Shown here in pieces: positions 37,838-47,466 of a stretch of DNA of 64,000 bases; positions within the stretch are counted from its first letter, which is position 1, and every line of letters begins with the position of its first letter. The position numbers and the translations under genes were made by a program. Source of the DNA: an uncultured Porphyromonadaceae bacterium (GTDB lineage: Bacteria; Bacteroidota; Bacteroidia; Bacteroidales; Barnesiellaceae_A); NCBI GenBank assembly GCA_937891845.1, contig CALATP010000049.1, forward strand, positions 26,744-90,743. The letters run 5' to 3'. The notes beneath the pieces are model-generated. The model made no database searches and had not been told where the DNA came from. It saw nothing but the letters and a program-made list of their open reading frames with translations.

Positions 37838-38197
37838 ATGAAGAGAATTATATATGCTATATTCTTGACTGCAATACTATTATTGCTCAACGCTTGCTCT
37901 ACCGCAAGTACCTATCGCTATTATACAGTTTCTAATGGTACAACTGTAGCACTCACAGGTACTATCTGCGAGTATGATATGAAAGATAGATGTATTGTTA
38001 CTCAAAATTTCTCCCTTGATGCAGGAATGACTACCCCATCAATCAGAGCCAATTCGCGTACCAAAATGGTAAAAATATATATCAGCGATTTTGATTTATG
38101 GGTGGGTGAATTATACTACCTCTATACTGTAAATAACAACCATTTTATTCTATATGATAGTACACCGTTAGTTGATTATGAACCAAATACATACTGA
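37838..38197 (+). CDS. Hypothetical small lipoprotein (119 aa)
   Basis: Lipoprotein signal MKRIIYAIFLTAILLLLNAC. A terminator follows immediately downstream. I recognise no family. Confidence 0.65.
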   Translation: MKRIIYAIFLTAILLLLNACSTASTYRYYTVSNGTTVALTGTICEYDMKDRCIVTQNFSLDAGMTTPSIRANSRTKMVKIYISDFDLWVGELYYLYTVNNNHFILYDSTPLVDYEPNTY

Positions 38198-38262
38198 TTA
38201 TAGAAAATAATAATAGGTAAAGAGGCAAAAACAGTAGGCTTTGGGTCTGCATAATCATACAA

Positions 38263-38300
38263 AGAGAGGTTTTCTAAGGAGTAGAAAATCTCTCTTTTTT
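38263..38300 (+). terminator. Rho-independent terminator of the lipoprotein gene
   Basis: AGAGAGGTTTTCT-N7-AGAAAATCTCTCT followed by TTTTT. Confidence 0.75.
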
Positions 38301-38545
38301 GCGTTCGTTTTAGATTATTTCCCAAGCTCTATAAAGGATTAAGGAATTTGCTTTGTCAAGTTTGGCGAAGCCTTTTTGTTTGACTTCAAGGTGCAGAGGT
38401 TGGCTCCGAAGTATTAGCGGAGATTGGGTGTTGATAACTACAATGATTGTTTATGATGGCAACGAGAATTTGTATAGAGTGCTACACCTAATGTTATATT
38501 TCGGACATCAATTTGTTTGTACAGTGTGTATTGAGAATGTATATA

Positions 38546-38579
38546 AAAGAAAAAGCCGAGCGAATGGCTCGGCTTTTTA
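38546..38579. terminator. Bidirectional terminator. It serves the minus-strand gyrA-TPR transcript.
   Basis: AAAAAGCCGAGC-GAAT-GGCTCGGCTTTTT. The stem is flanked by an A-run and a T-run. It lies 18 nt downstream of the TPR gene stop. Confidence 0.8.
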
Positions 38580-38596
38580 TGTGTTGTAAACTTCGA

Positions 38597-39871
38597 TTAG
38601 TAACCCAATTCGCGCTCGATGCGAGTGAGATTTTCTTCGTCGCCTAGGTTGTAGTAAATACTACGCAAAGCAACCATATATTCCGACTCATCGGGCAAGA
38701 TTTGGTGTGCTTTCTCGAAGTAAGGCAATGCTTGACGATAGAGAGGGAAAATTTCGGCCTCTTTGGCAGCGTTAAACTCGCTTGTGCTGGTAATCTTTTC
38801 GCTCAATTCGTTGTTCTTAGCAACTGCTTGGTTGAAGTACATACGACCCATATTACCCAATGCTACTGCAAAATCGGGATTGAATGAAAGAGCTTTCTCA
38901 AAACATTCGATAGCACCGGTAATGTCACCTTGAGCTTCGAGCAAACCACCTTTAACATTCCACAACTCTGCATTTTCGGGGTCGTTACTGATTACTTCAT
39001 TGATTTTGGCAACAGCACGATCGTAGTCGTTTGCATTGATGTAAAGGTTGATAAGACGGATGCTGTAGTAGGTCTCTTTTTGAGTAAATGTTGTTCCATC
39101 AGGACGAGTTCCTTCAACAGTCATATTGCCAAACAAGTTATCACCCTCGTTGAGTATGGCTATGAGGTTTGCAGTGTCTTTAGCAATTTCATATTGTCCA
39201 ACTAAGAACTTGTATACGTTGTTTTGCTCGTAACCGTTACCTTTGGCACGAAGGAGGGCTTGCATTGTCAATTCTGTGTCACCTGAATTGAGAGCTGCCA
39301 AAGCTGCGTTATACTCCAACATATTATAAATTGAGTCGGCAGGAAGATTTTTGGCAACAGATTGCATAAAAGGAAGGTCACGAATTTCGATAAATGTGTT
39401 CCACATCTCATAAGCTTTGAGGTACTCTTGGTTGTTGAAGTAGAAAACACCACCGTTGATGTAACCGTCTGAATTGCCGATTAAGTCTTTTTGAATGTCT
39501 TTTACATACTTGGGTTTTACTTTACCTTTTTCGTTGGGAAGAGTATCAAGGCCTACGGCTGTGCGATAGTACTTATAGCTGTTCATAAGTGCTTGGTACA
39601 TTCCCAATTCGTCGCAAGCAAGACCATATTGCATTTGGCCGTTTTCTCTGTTGAAGAAACGTTGTTCGATGTTACCTGCAACATACCAGGCTTTAACATC
39701 TTCGGCTGATTCACCGGCAAGAGCTTGTTGGATAGTGTTGCGTGCAACTTTGAAATCGGGCTTTTCTGTTCTCTTGGCAAGACTCCAAGCTTGGTCTACA
39801 AGTGCTTTTTGTCCAAATGAAAGAGTGACAGATAATACTAGCAATGTAGCTGTCAATAATGTTTTTCTCAT
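38597..39871 (-). CDS. Secreted tetratricopeptide repeat protein
   Basis: Signal peptide MRKTLLTATLLVLSVTLSFGQ. It has multiple TPR units (for example GDITGAIECFEKALSFNPDFAVALGNMGRMY). It starts 35 nt downstream of gyrA. Confidence 0.8.
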   Translation of the reverse strand: MRKTLLTATLLVLSVTLSFGQKALVDQAWSLAKRTEKPDFKVARNTIQQALAGESAEDVKAWYVAGNIEQRFFNRENGQMQYGLACDELGMYQALMNSYKYYRTAVGLDTLPNEKGKVKPKYVKDIQKDLIGNSDGYINGGVFYFNNQEYLKAYEMWNTFIEIRDLPFMQSVAKNLPADSIYNMLEYNAALAALNSGDTELTMQALLRAKGNGYEQNNVYKFLVGQYEIAKDTANLIAILNEGDNLFGNMTVEGTRPDGTTFTQKETYYSIRLINLYINANDYDRAVAKINEVISNDPENAELWNVKGGLLEAQGDITGAIECFEKALSFNPDFAVALGNMGRMYFNQAVAKNNELSEKITSTSEFNAAKEAEIFPLYRQALPYFEKAHQILPDESEYMVALRSIYYNLGDEENLTRIERELGY

Positions 39872-39906
39872 AATGTTTAAATAATTAGAGTGTTTTATTG
39901 TGATTA

Positions 39907-42444
39907 TTATTGTTCTTTGTTGTTTTCTATTGTATTATCGTTTTCGGGTTGTATGGTTGCCAAGTTTGGTTGTTCTTCGGCATCCATATTATCCTCGCTT
40001 TCCGACATTACTTTACATACCGAAGCAATCTCGTCGTTGCGTTTTTCGAGGTTGATAATGCGTACACCTTGAGTGGCACGACCCATTACACGTACATCCG
40101 ATACTTTCATACGTAGTGTAATACCTGATTTGTTAATAATGACAAGGTCGTTCTCGTCCGATACATTCTTAATGGCTACAACCTTGCCGGTCTTATCGGT
40201 AATCTTCATTGTGGCAACACCTTTACCTCCTCGATATGTGATACGGTAGTCTTCGGCAATAGAACGTTTACCATAACCCTGTTCCGAGATAACCATAATA
40301 GTGTCTTCTTGGAAGTTATTGATAACAATCATACCTACTGCTGCATCTTGTCCATCTTCATCGAGTTTGATACCGCGTACACCGGTAGCTACACGTCCCA
40401 TTTCTCTTACAGTGCTTTCGTGGAACGTAATAGCGCGACCATTGCGGTTGGCGATAGCCAAGTGGCAGTTGCCATCGGTGAGTCGTACATCAATAAGTTG
40501 GTCGCCTTCTAGGATGTTGATTGCATTCACACCATTTTGGCGAGGACGCGAGTATGCTTCAAGTTTGGTTTTCTTTATAATACCATTGCGTGTACAGAAT
40601 ACCAAATTATGAGTTGTGTTATAATCGGGATCTTGCAATTGTTTTACACGTATAAATGCATTAACCTTGTCATCCGACTCAATGTTGAGCAAGTTTTGGA
40701 TTGCACGTCCTTTGGCATTCTTGGCACCTTCGGGTATTTCATATACTTTAAGCCAATAACAGCGACCCTTCTGTGTGAAGAACAAGATATAGTTGTGCAT
40801 TGATGCGTGATAAATATATTCGATAAAATCTTCATCACGAGTATCACTGCCCTTAGCTCCTACTCCACCGCGATTTTGTGCGCGGAAGTCGGTGAGCGGT
40901 GTACGTTTGATATATCCCATATGTGATATGGTGATAATCATTTCATCATCGGCATAAAAGTCCTCGGCATTGAATTCTTCGCTTGCATAAACAATGTCGG
41001 TACGACGTTCATCGCCATATTTCTCTTTTACCTCGATAAGCTCGTCTTTGATAACTTGCATACAAACATCGTGGTTAGAGAGTATTTCTTTGAATCGACG
41101 TATTGCCTCCTCAACTTGTTGGAACTCGGCGTGTAACTTATCTTGTTCGAGACCGGTGAGCTGACGCAAACGCATCTCAACAATAGCAGCAGCTTGCTTG
41201 TCGCTGAGTGCAAAACGTTCCATCAAACGAGTGCGTGCTTGTTCGCCATTTTGTGATGAACGTATAATGGCTATCACTTCGTCAATATTGTCGCTTGCAA
41301 TAATTAGACCTTCAAGAATATGAGCTCTCTCCTCTGCTTTTTCCAGGTCATATTGTGTACGACGTATTACTACTTCGTGACGGTGGTCGATAAATGCTTG
41401 CAACAATTGTTTGAGATTGAGAATTTGCGGACGACCATTAACAAGAGCAATATTGTTGACACTGAATGATGATTGCAGAGCTGTCATCTTATACAACTTG
41501 TTGAGTACTACGCTGGCATTGGCATCGCGTTTGATGTCAATGACAATACGCATACCACTACGGTCGCTCTCATCATTGATGTTAGAGATACCTTCAAGAC
41601 GTTTTTCTTCAACTAGGTCGGCAATATTCTTGATAAGTTCGGCCTTATTTACACCGTAAGGAATTTCGTTTACGATAATCGATTCTTTGTTGCCGTCGCT
41701 TTCAATCTCGGCCTTGGCGCGAACAATGATACGTCCACGACCGGTTTCAAAAGCATCTTTTACACCCGCATAGCCATAAATAGTGGCACCTGTGGGGAAA
41801 TCGGGCGCTTTAACATATTGCATTAACTCCGATACTTCAGCCTCGGGATTGTCAATAAGAGCAATAGAAGCGTCGATACACTCCGATAGGTTGTGAGGTG
41901 GCATATTGGTGGCCATACCTACGGCAATACCCGATGCTCCGTTAACCAATAGTTGTGGTATGCGAGTGGGCAGTACCGAGGGTTCTTCGAGTGTATTATC
42001 AAAGTTGGGAGTAAAATCGACAGTGCGTTTGTTTATGTCGGCCAACATTTCTTCCGCAATACGCGACAATCGAGCCTCAGTGTAACGCATCGCTGCAGGA
42101 GAGTCACCATCTATCGAACCAAAGTTACCTTGTCCGTCTACCATACAATAGCGCAATGACCAATCCTGAGCCATACGTGCTAATGCGAAATATACTGAAG
42201 AGTCACCGTGAGGGTGATATTTACCTAAAACTTCACCGACGATACGGGCACATTTTTTATAAGGTTGATTGTGGGTGTTGTTGAGACGCTCCATACCGTA
42301 TAAGATACGACGATGTACCGGTTTGAGTCCGTCTCTTACATCGGGCAAGGCACGTGCCACAATTACTGACATAGAATAGTCAATATAGGACGACTGCATT
42401 ACTTGCTCGATGTTGACTTTCTGGATTTTGTCTTGGTCTAACAT
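39907..42444 (-). CDS. gyrA: DNA gyrase subunit A
   Basis: 845 aa. Contains DGLKPVHRRILY, the active-site tyrosine context AAMRYTEARL, and C-terminal beta-pinwheel repeats. Confidence 0.97.
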   Translation of the reverse strand: MLDQDKIQKVNIEQVMQSSYIDYSMSVIVARALPDVRDGLKPVHRRILYGMERLNNTHNQPYKKCARIVGEVLGKYHPHGDSSVYFALARMAQDWSLRYCMVDGQGNFGSIDGDSPAAMRYTEARLSRIAEEMLADINKRTVDFTPNFDNTLEEPSVLPTRIPQLLVNGASGIAVGMATNMPPHNLSECIDASIALIDNPEAEVSELMQYVKAPDFPTGATIYGYAGVKDAFETGRGRIIVRAKAEIESDGNKESIIVNEIPYGVNKAELIKNIADLVEEKRLEGISNINDESDRSGMRIVIDIKRDANASVVLNKLYKMTALQSSFSVNNIALVNGRPQILNLKQLLQAFIDHRHEVVIRRTQYDLEKAEERAHILEGLIIASDNIDEVIAIIRSSQNGEQARTRLMERFALSDKQAAAIVEMRLRQLTGLEQDKLHAEFQQVEEAIRRFKEILSNHDVCMQVIKDELIEVKEKYGDERRTDIVYASEEFNAEDFYADDEMIITISHMGYIKRTPLTDFRAQNRGGVGAKGSDTRDEDFIEYIYHASMHNYILFFTQKGRCYWLKVYEIPEGAKNAKGRAIQNLLNIESDDKVNAFIRVKQLQDPDYNTTHNLVFCTRNGIIKKTKLEAYSRPRQNGVNAINILEGDQLIDVRLTDGNCHLAIANRNGRAITFHESTVREMGRVATGVRGIKLDEDGQDAAVGMIVINNFQEDTIMVISEQGYGKRSIAEDYRITYRGGKGVATMKITDKTGKVVAIKNVSDENDLVIINKSGITLRMKVSDVRVMGRATQGVRIINLEKRNDEIASVCKVMSESEDNMDAEEQPNLATIQPENDNTIENNKEQ

Positions 42445-42534
42445 ATTGTGTTTTTGTTATTATTATTGCAACTAGCCCACTTTCTACATTAATAATTGTG
42501 TTGATGAATGCGTTGAAGTGGTATTATTAGCGTA

Positions 42535-42542
42535 CAAAGATA
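42535..42542 (-). promoter_or_regulatory. Candidate -7 box (TAtcTTTG on the minus strand) upstream of gyrA
   Basis: The plus strand reads CAAAGATAATAAATTTTT, 91 nt upstream of the gyrA ATG. Confidence 0.45.
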
Positions 42543-42676
42543 ATAAATTTTTAGGCAACTATATTATTCCTTTATCGTTTTTTAAAACTCGACGCTAAAA
42601 AAATCGGCACAATATTTGTTTAATATGAAAAAACGATTGATATATTTTTTTATAGACTAAATATGACAAAAAGAAC

Positions 42677-42684
42677 TACCTTTG
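42677..42684 (+). promoter_or_regulatory. Candidate -7 box (TAccTTTG) upstream of clpC
   Basis: TACCTTTG lies 38 nt upstream of the clpC ATG. Confidence 0.45.
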
Positions 42685-42721
42685 TCAGCGAAAAGATAAA
42701 AGGTTAGTATTAAAAATATTT

Positions 42722-45250
42722 ATGGAAAGAAATTTTTCGAAACAAGCCAAGACAGTGTTGGCATACAGCCGAGAGGAGGCAGGACGATTGCTCAACCATA
42801 ATTTGCTTCCCGAGCATCTGATATTGGGCATTATACGTGATGGCGAGAGTCGTGCTATTGATGCCTTGTTGAGCTTGGGAATTAATCCTCTTGCACTCAA
42901 AATGGCAATTGAAAACGAACTTTCGGTCGATAATGATGATTTTGGCCAACAAGAGATAACTATCAGTAAAAGTGTTGATAGGGTGTTGAAAATGAGTATG
43001 CTGGAGTCTCGTATGATGAAAAGTAATGAGACCGATACCGAGCATATATTACTGGCTATATTGCGTGACAAAAGTACCTCTGCCTCTCGCCTGCTTCATA
43101 GTAATAATGTGACTTATGATGACGTTTTGTCTTATTTGAAAGATTGCCTGGAAAATCCGTCTCACGACATAAAGCCTCGTATGGGCGCTGAGTTTGATGA
43201 AGATGAGGAGGATGAGGAGATGCAATCATCATCAAGTCGTACAAAATCGGCACCTCTGTCAAGTAACAATAATAGTGAAACACCGGTATTAGATAATTTC
43301 GGTTCGGATATGACTCGAGCTGCTGAGGAGGGTCGACTTGATCCGGTTGTAGGTCGAGAAGTCGAAATAGAACGCTTGGCTCAAATATTAAGTCGCCGTA
43401 AAAAGAACAACCCTATTCTAATAGGTGAACCCGGTGTGGGTAAATCGGCTATTGTGGAGGGACTTGCATTGCGTATTGTGCAACGCAAGGTGTCTCGTGT
43501 GTTGTTTGGCAAACGAGTTATCTCACTCGATGTAGCATCGGTTGTGGCAGGAACGAAATATCGTGGACAATTTGAGGAGCGTATGAAAGCTATACTCAAT
43601 GAGTTGGCAAATAACCCTGATATTATTCTCTTTATAGATGAGATACACACAATTGTAGGTGCCGGAGGTGCAACAGGTACATTGGATGCAGCCAATATGT
43701 TGAAACCCGCTTTGGCTCGCGGACAAGTTCAATGTATTGGTGCTACAACACTCGATGAGTATCGTAAAAATATTGAAAAAGACGGTGCTTTGGATCGTCG
43801 ATTTCAGAGAATTATTGTAGACCCTACTACACCGCAAGAGACGCTTCAGATTTTACAAAATATCAAAGGTAGATATGAAGACCATCACAATGTGACATAT
43901 ACCGATGATGCTTTGGATGCCTGCGTAAAATTGACCGACCGTTATATCAGTGATCGCAATTTCCCCGATAAGGCTATTGATGCACTTGATGAGGCCGGTT
44001 CGAGAGTGCATATAACCAATATTACCGTACCCAAAGAGATTGAAAATCTAGAGTTGGAAATTGAGAAAACTGCTGCAGAGAAGATGCGTGCTGTAACCGA
44101 CCAAAATTATGAGTTGGCGGCAAGCTATCGTGATAAATCGCGCGAGTTGCAAAACCAACTAGATGTTGCAAAGCGTCGTTGGGAAACACAAATTGCGCAA
44201 CATCGAGAGATTGTAGATCAAGAACAAATTGCCCAAGTGGTTGCTATGATGTCGGGTATACCGGTACAACGTATAGCCGAAGGCGAGACTATGCGACTGC
44301 TCAATATGAATGATAATCTCAAGAAGGAAGTTATTGGACAAGATGAAGCGGTAGAGAAAATTGTAAAAGCTATACAGCGCAATCGCATAGGTCTTAAAGA
44401 TCCCAATAAGCCGATAGGTACATTTATGTTTCTAGGCCCGACAGGTGTTGGTAAGACACATTTGGCAAAGAAATTGGCCGAACAACTTTTCGATAGTAAA
44501 GATGCTCTTATACGTATAGATATGAGTGAATATATGGAGAAGTTTTCTGTGTCGCGCTTAGTTGGTGCCCCTCCGGGATATGTAGGATATGAAGAGGGCG
44601 GACAACTGACTGAACGTGTGCGTCGTAAGCCTTACTCGGTAGTGTTGTTGGATGAGATCGAAAAAGCTCATCCCGATACATTCAACCTCTTGTTGCAGGT
44701 GATGGATGAGGGTCGTCTGACCGATAGTTTGGGCAGACAAGTCGATTTTAAAAATACAATAATCATCCTTACATCTAATGTAGGTACTCGTCAACTCAAG
44801 GATTTTGGACAAGGAGTAGGCTTTACTACTCGTACCACCGACGAGAAAGAAAATTCGCGTAATGTGATACAAAAGGCTCTCAATAGGGCATTCTCGCCAG
44901 AGTTCCTTAATCGTGTGGATGATATTATTATGTTCGACCAACTTGATAAAGAGTCGCTCTTCAAGATTATTGATATAGAACTGCAAGGGTTCAATAAGCG
45001 TATTGAGCAGTTGGGGTATAAACTTGTCATTACTCCGGAGGCAAAATCTTTCTTGGCAGATAAGGGTTATGATGTGCAGTATGGCGCTCGTCCTCTAAAA
45101 CGTGCTATTCAGAAATATCTTGAAGATGAGATGGCCGAGATAATAATACGCACTGCCATTGGCGAAGGTGACACAATTGTTGTTGAATATGACAATAATG
45201 ATGATAAACTAGATATTAAGGTGGTTAACTACTCTCCTACCGAGTCTTGA
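42722..45250 (+). CDS. clpC: ATP-dependent Clp protease ATP-binding subunit ClpC (class I AAA+)
   Basis: 842 aa. Clp-N repeats, two Walker A motifs (GEPGVGKS, GPTGVGKT) and a UVR-like middle segment. Confidence 0.93.
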   Translation: MERNFSKQAKTVLAYSREEAGRLLNHNLLPEHLILGIIRDGESRAIDALLSLGINPLALKMAIENELSVDNDDFGQQEITISKSVDRVLKMSMLESRMMKSNETDTEHILLAILRDKSTSASRLLHSNNVTYDDVLSYLKDCLENPSHDIKPRMGAEFDEDEEDEEMQSSSSRTKSAPLSSNNNSETPVLDNFGSDMTRAAEEGRLDPVVGREVEIERLAQILSRRKKNNPILIGEPGVGKSAIVEGLALRIVQRKVSRVLFGKRVISLDVASVVAGTKYRGQFEERMKAILNELANNPDIILFIDEIHTIVGAGGATGTLDAANMLKPALARGQVQCIGATTLDEYRKNIEKDGALDRRFQRIIVDPTTPQETLQILQNIKGRYEDHHNVTYTDDALDACVKLTDRYISDRNFPDKAIDALDEAGSRVHITNITVPKEIENLELEIEKTAAEKMRAVTDQNYELAASYRDKSRELQNQLDVAKRRWETQIAQHREIVDQEQIAQVVAMMSGIPVQRIAEGETMRLLNMNDNLKKEVIGQDEAVEKIVKAIQRNRIGLKDPNKPIGTFMFLGPTGVGKTHLAKKLAEQLFDSKDALIRIDMSEYMEKFSVSRLVGAPPGYVGYEEGGQLTERVRRKPYSVVLLDEIEKAHPDTFNLLLQVMDEGRLTDSLGRQVDFKNTIIILTSNVGTRQLKDFGQGVGFTTRTTDEKENSRNVIQKALNRAFSPEFLNRVDDIIMFDQLDKESLFKIIDIELQGFNKRIEQLGYKLVITPEAKSFLADKGYDVQYGARPLKRAIQKYLEDEMAEIIIRTAIGEGDTIVVEYDNNDDKLDIKVVNYSPTES

Positions 45251-45273
45251 TAGTTTGTAACTACAAGTCAAAA

Positions 45274-45303
45274 TGTCAGCCTTTTGAGGCTGGCATTTTT
45301 TTT
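45274..45303 (+). terminator. Rho-independent terminator of clpC
   Basis: TGTCAGCC-TTTTGA-GGCTGGCA followed by T8. Confidence 0.8.
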
Positions 45304-45346
45304 GCATATATGGCAGTAGAAAAATTAATCAATAAATATATTTGTT

Positions 45347-47398
45347 ATGCAAAAAGGAACTATCGGGGTTACGACTGATAATATCTTCCCCGTTATAAAA
45401 AAATTCTTGTATAGTGATCACGAAATATTTCTTCGTGAGGTAGTGTCAAATGCTGTTGATGCTACACAAAAATTGAAAACATTGTCATCCGTAGGCGAAT
45501 TTAAAGGCGAATTGGGTGCAATGGATGTGCGAGTTGCAATAGATAAAGAGGCCGGAACACTCACCATCAGTGATCGTGGTGTGGGTATGACAGCCGAAGA
45601 AATAGATCGTTATATCAACCAAATTGCATTCTCGGGTGCAGAAGAGTTCTTGGAAAAATATAAGAATGATGCTAATGCAATCATCGGACACTTTGGTCTG
45701 GGTTTCTACTCAACTTTTATGGTGTCAAAAAAGGTTGAGATACGTACATTGTCATATAAAGAAGGCGCTCAAGCCGTACAATGGAGTTGCGACGGCTCTC
45801 CTTCATACGAAATGACAGAGATTGAGAAAAATGATCGAGGCACTGATATTGTGCTTTATATTGATGATGAGAACAAAGAGTTTCTTGAAACACAGCGCAT
45901 AGAAACACTATTACGTAAATATTGTCGTTTCTTGCCCATCCCTATTATATTGGGTAAAGAACAAGAGTGGAAGGACGGCAAGTATGTAGATACCGATGAA
46001 GATAAGATTATAAACGATCTCAATCCGGCTTGGACTCGCAAACCTACTGAACTTACCGATGATGATTATCGTGAATTTTATCGTGAAATTTGCCCTGCTG
46101 CCGATGAGCCTCTCTTCTGGATACATCTCAATGTAGACTATCCTTTCAATCTTACCGGTATATTATATTTCCCTAAAATCAAAAGTAATCTAGATCTCAA
46201 TCGATACAAAATTCAGTTGTATTGCAATCAAGTATATGTGACAGACTCGGTTGAAGGTGTTGTGCCCGACTTCTTGATGTTATTGCAAGGTGTTATCGAT
46301 TCTCCCGATATACCTCTTAATGTTTCTCGTTCTTATTTGCAGAGCGACAGCAATGTAAAGAAGATCTCTACTTATATAACCAAAAAAGTGGCCGACCGCC
46401 TGCAAGAAATCTTCAATAATGATCGCAAGCAATTTGAGGAGAAATGGGATGACATTAAGCTGTTTATAGAATATGGAATGCTCAGTGATGAGAAGTTCTA
46501 TGAAAAAGCTGCGAAGTTTGCATTGTTGCGTAATACTGATGATAAGTTCTTTACTTTTGAAGAGTATAAGAACATTATCTCGGCCAATCAGACCGATAAG
46601 GATGGCAATCTCATTTACCTATATGCCACAGATAAAACAGCACAATATAGCTATATCGAAGCTGCAACAGCACGCGGATATGATGTATTGTTGATGGACG
46701 GACAGCTAGATTCACATTATATCGGAATGCTCGAACAGAAGTTTGAGAAGAGCCGATTTGTACGTGTCGATAGCGATGTGCTTGACAACCTCATTCGCAA
46801 GGATAATAACAAAGAGGTGGCACTTTCACAACAAGAACGTGAAGCTATGACATCGGTATTCAAGTCGCAAATACCTGCTATTGACAAGTGTGAGTTTATG
46901 GTAATGTTTGAGGCAATGGGTGAAAATGCGGCTCCTGTAATGATTACTCAAAGCGAGTATATGCGTCGTATGAAAGAGATGGCAGCAATGCAACCCGGAA
47001 TGAGTTTCTATGGCGAAATGCCCGATTCATTCAATCTTATTATTAACACCGACCATCCTTTGAACAAACAGGTGCTGGCTGATGTTGATAATGCTTGTGC
47101 CGGAGAAATCTCTCCCATTGTGGCTCAACTCAATACTGTGAATGCCGAGATAGAACGACTCAATAATGAGCGTAAAGGCAAAAAGGACGAGGATATTGCT
47201 GTAACCGATAAAGAGGCACTACGTAAGGCCGAAGATGAGGCTGTAGAATTGCGCAAAAAACAAGAAACAGTATATAGTGAATATGCTCGCAACAATAACC
47301 TTGTAAAACAATTGATAGACTTGGCTCTATTGTCTAACAATATGTTGAAGGGTGAAGCATTGAGCCGTTTTGTTAAGCGTTCGTTTGAATTGCTATAA
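45347..47398 (+). CDS. htpG: Molecular chaperone HtpG (Hsp90)
   Basis: 683 aa. GHKL N-box HEIFLREVVSNAVDA and GHFGLGFYS. Confidence 0.96.
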   Translation: MQKGTIGVTTDNIFPVIKKFLYSDHEIFLREVVSNAVDATQKLKTLSSVGEFKGELGAMDVRVAIDKEAGTLTISDRGVGMTAEEIDRYINQIAFSGAEEFLEKYKNDANAIIGHFGLGFYSTFMVSKKVEIRTLSYKEGAQAVQWSCDGSPSYEMTEIEKNDRGTDIVLYIDDENKEFLETQRIETLLRKYCRFLPIPIILGKEQEWKDGKYVDTDEDKIINDLNPAWTRKPTELTDDDYREFYREICPAADEPLFWIHLNVDYPFNLTGILYFPKIKSNLDLNRYKIQLYCNQVYVTDSVEGVVPDFLMLLQGVIDSPDIPLNVSRSYLQSDSNVKKISTYITKKVADRLQEIFNNDRKQFEEKWDDIKLFIEYGMLSDEKFYEKAAKFALLRNTDDKFFTFEEYKNIISANQTDKDGNLIYLYATDKTAQYSYIEAATARGYDVLLMDGQLDSHYIGMLEQKFEKSRFVRVDSDVLDNLIRKDNNKEVALSQQEREAMTSVFKSQIPAIDKCEFMVMFEAMGENAAPVMITQSEYMRRMKEMAAMQPGMSFYGEMPDSFNLIINTDHPLNKQVLADVDNACAGEISPIVAQLNTVNAEIERLNNERKGKKDEDIAVTDKEALRKAEDEAVELRKKQETVYSEYARNNNLVKQLIDLALLSNNMLKGEALSRFVKRSFELL

Positions 47399-47412
47399 GA
47401 ACAAGAAAACTC

Positions 47413-47453
47413 AAAAAAACAGGCAGCGCAAAATTATGCGTTGCCTGTTTTTT
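47413..47453. terminator. Bidirectional terminator between convergent htpG and the WG-repeat gene
   Basis: A7-CAGGCAGCGC-AAAATTAT-GCGTTGCCTG-T6. Confidence 0.85.
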
Positions 47454-47466
47454 ATAGATATCAGAC

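Noticed and set aside
38353-38589. 78-aa ORF in the spacer upstream of the bidirectional terminator
   Set aside because: It has a TTG start and no promoter box. Its 3' end reads straight through the terminator hairpin (…KSRANGSAFYVL), and its composition is not protein-like.
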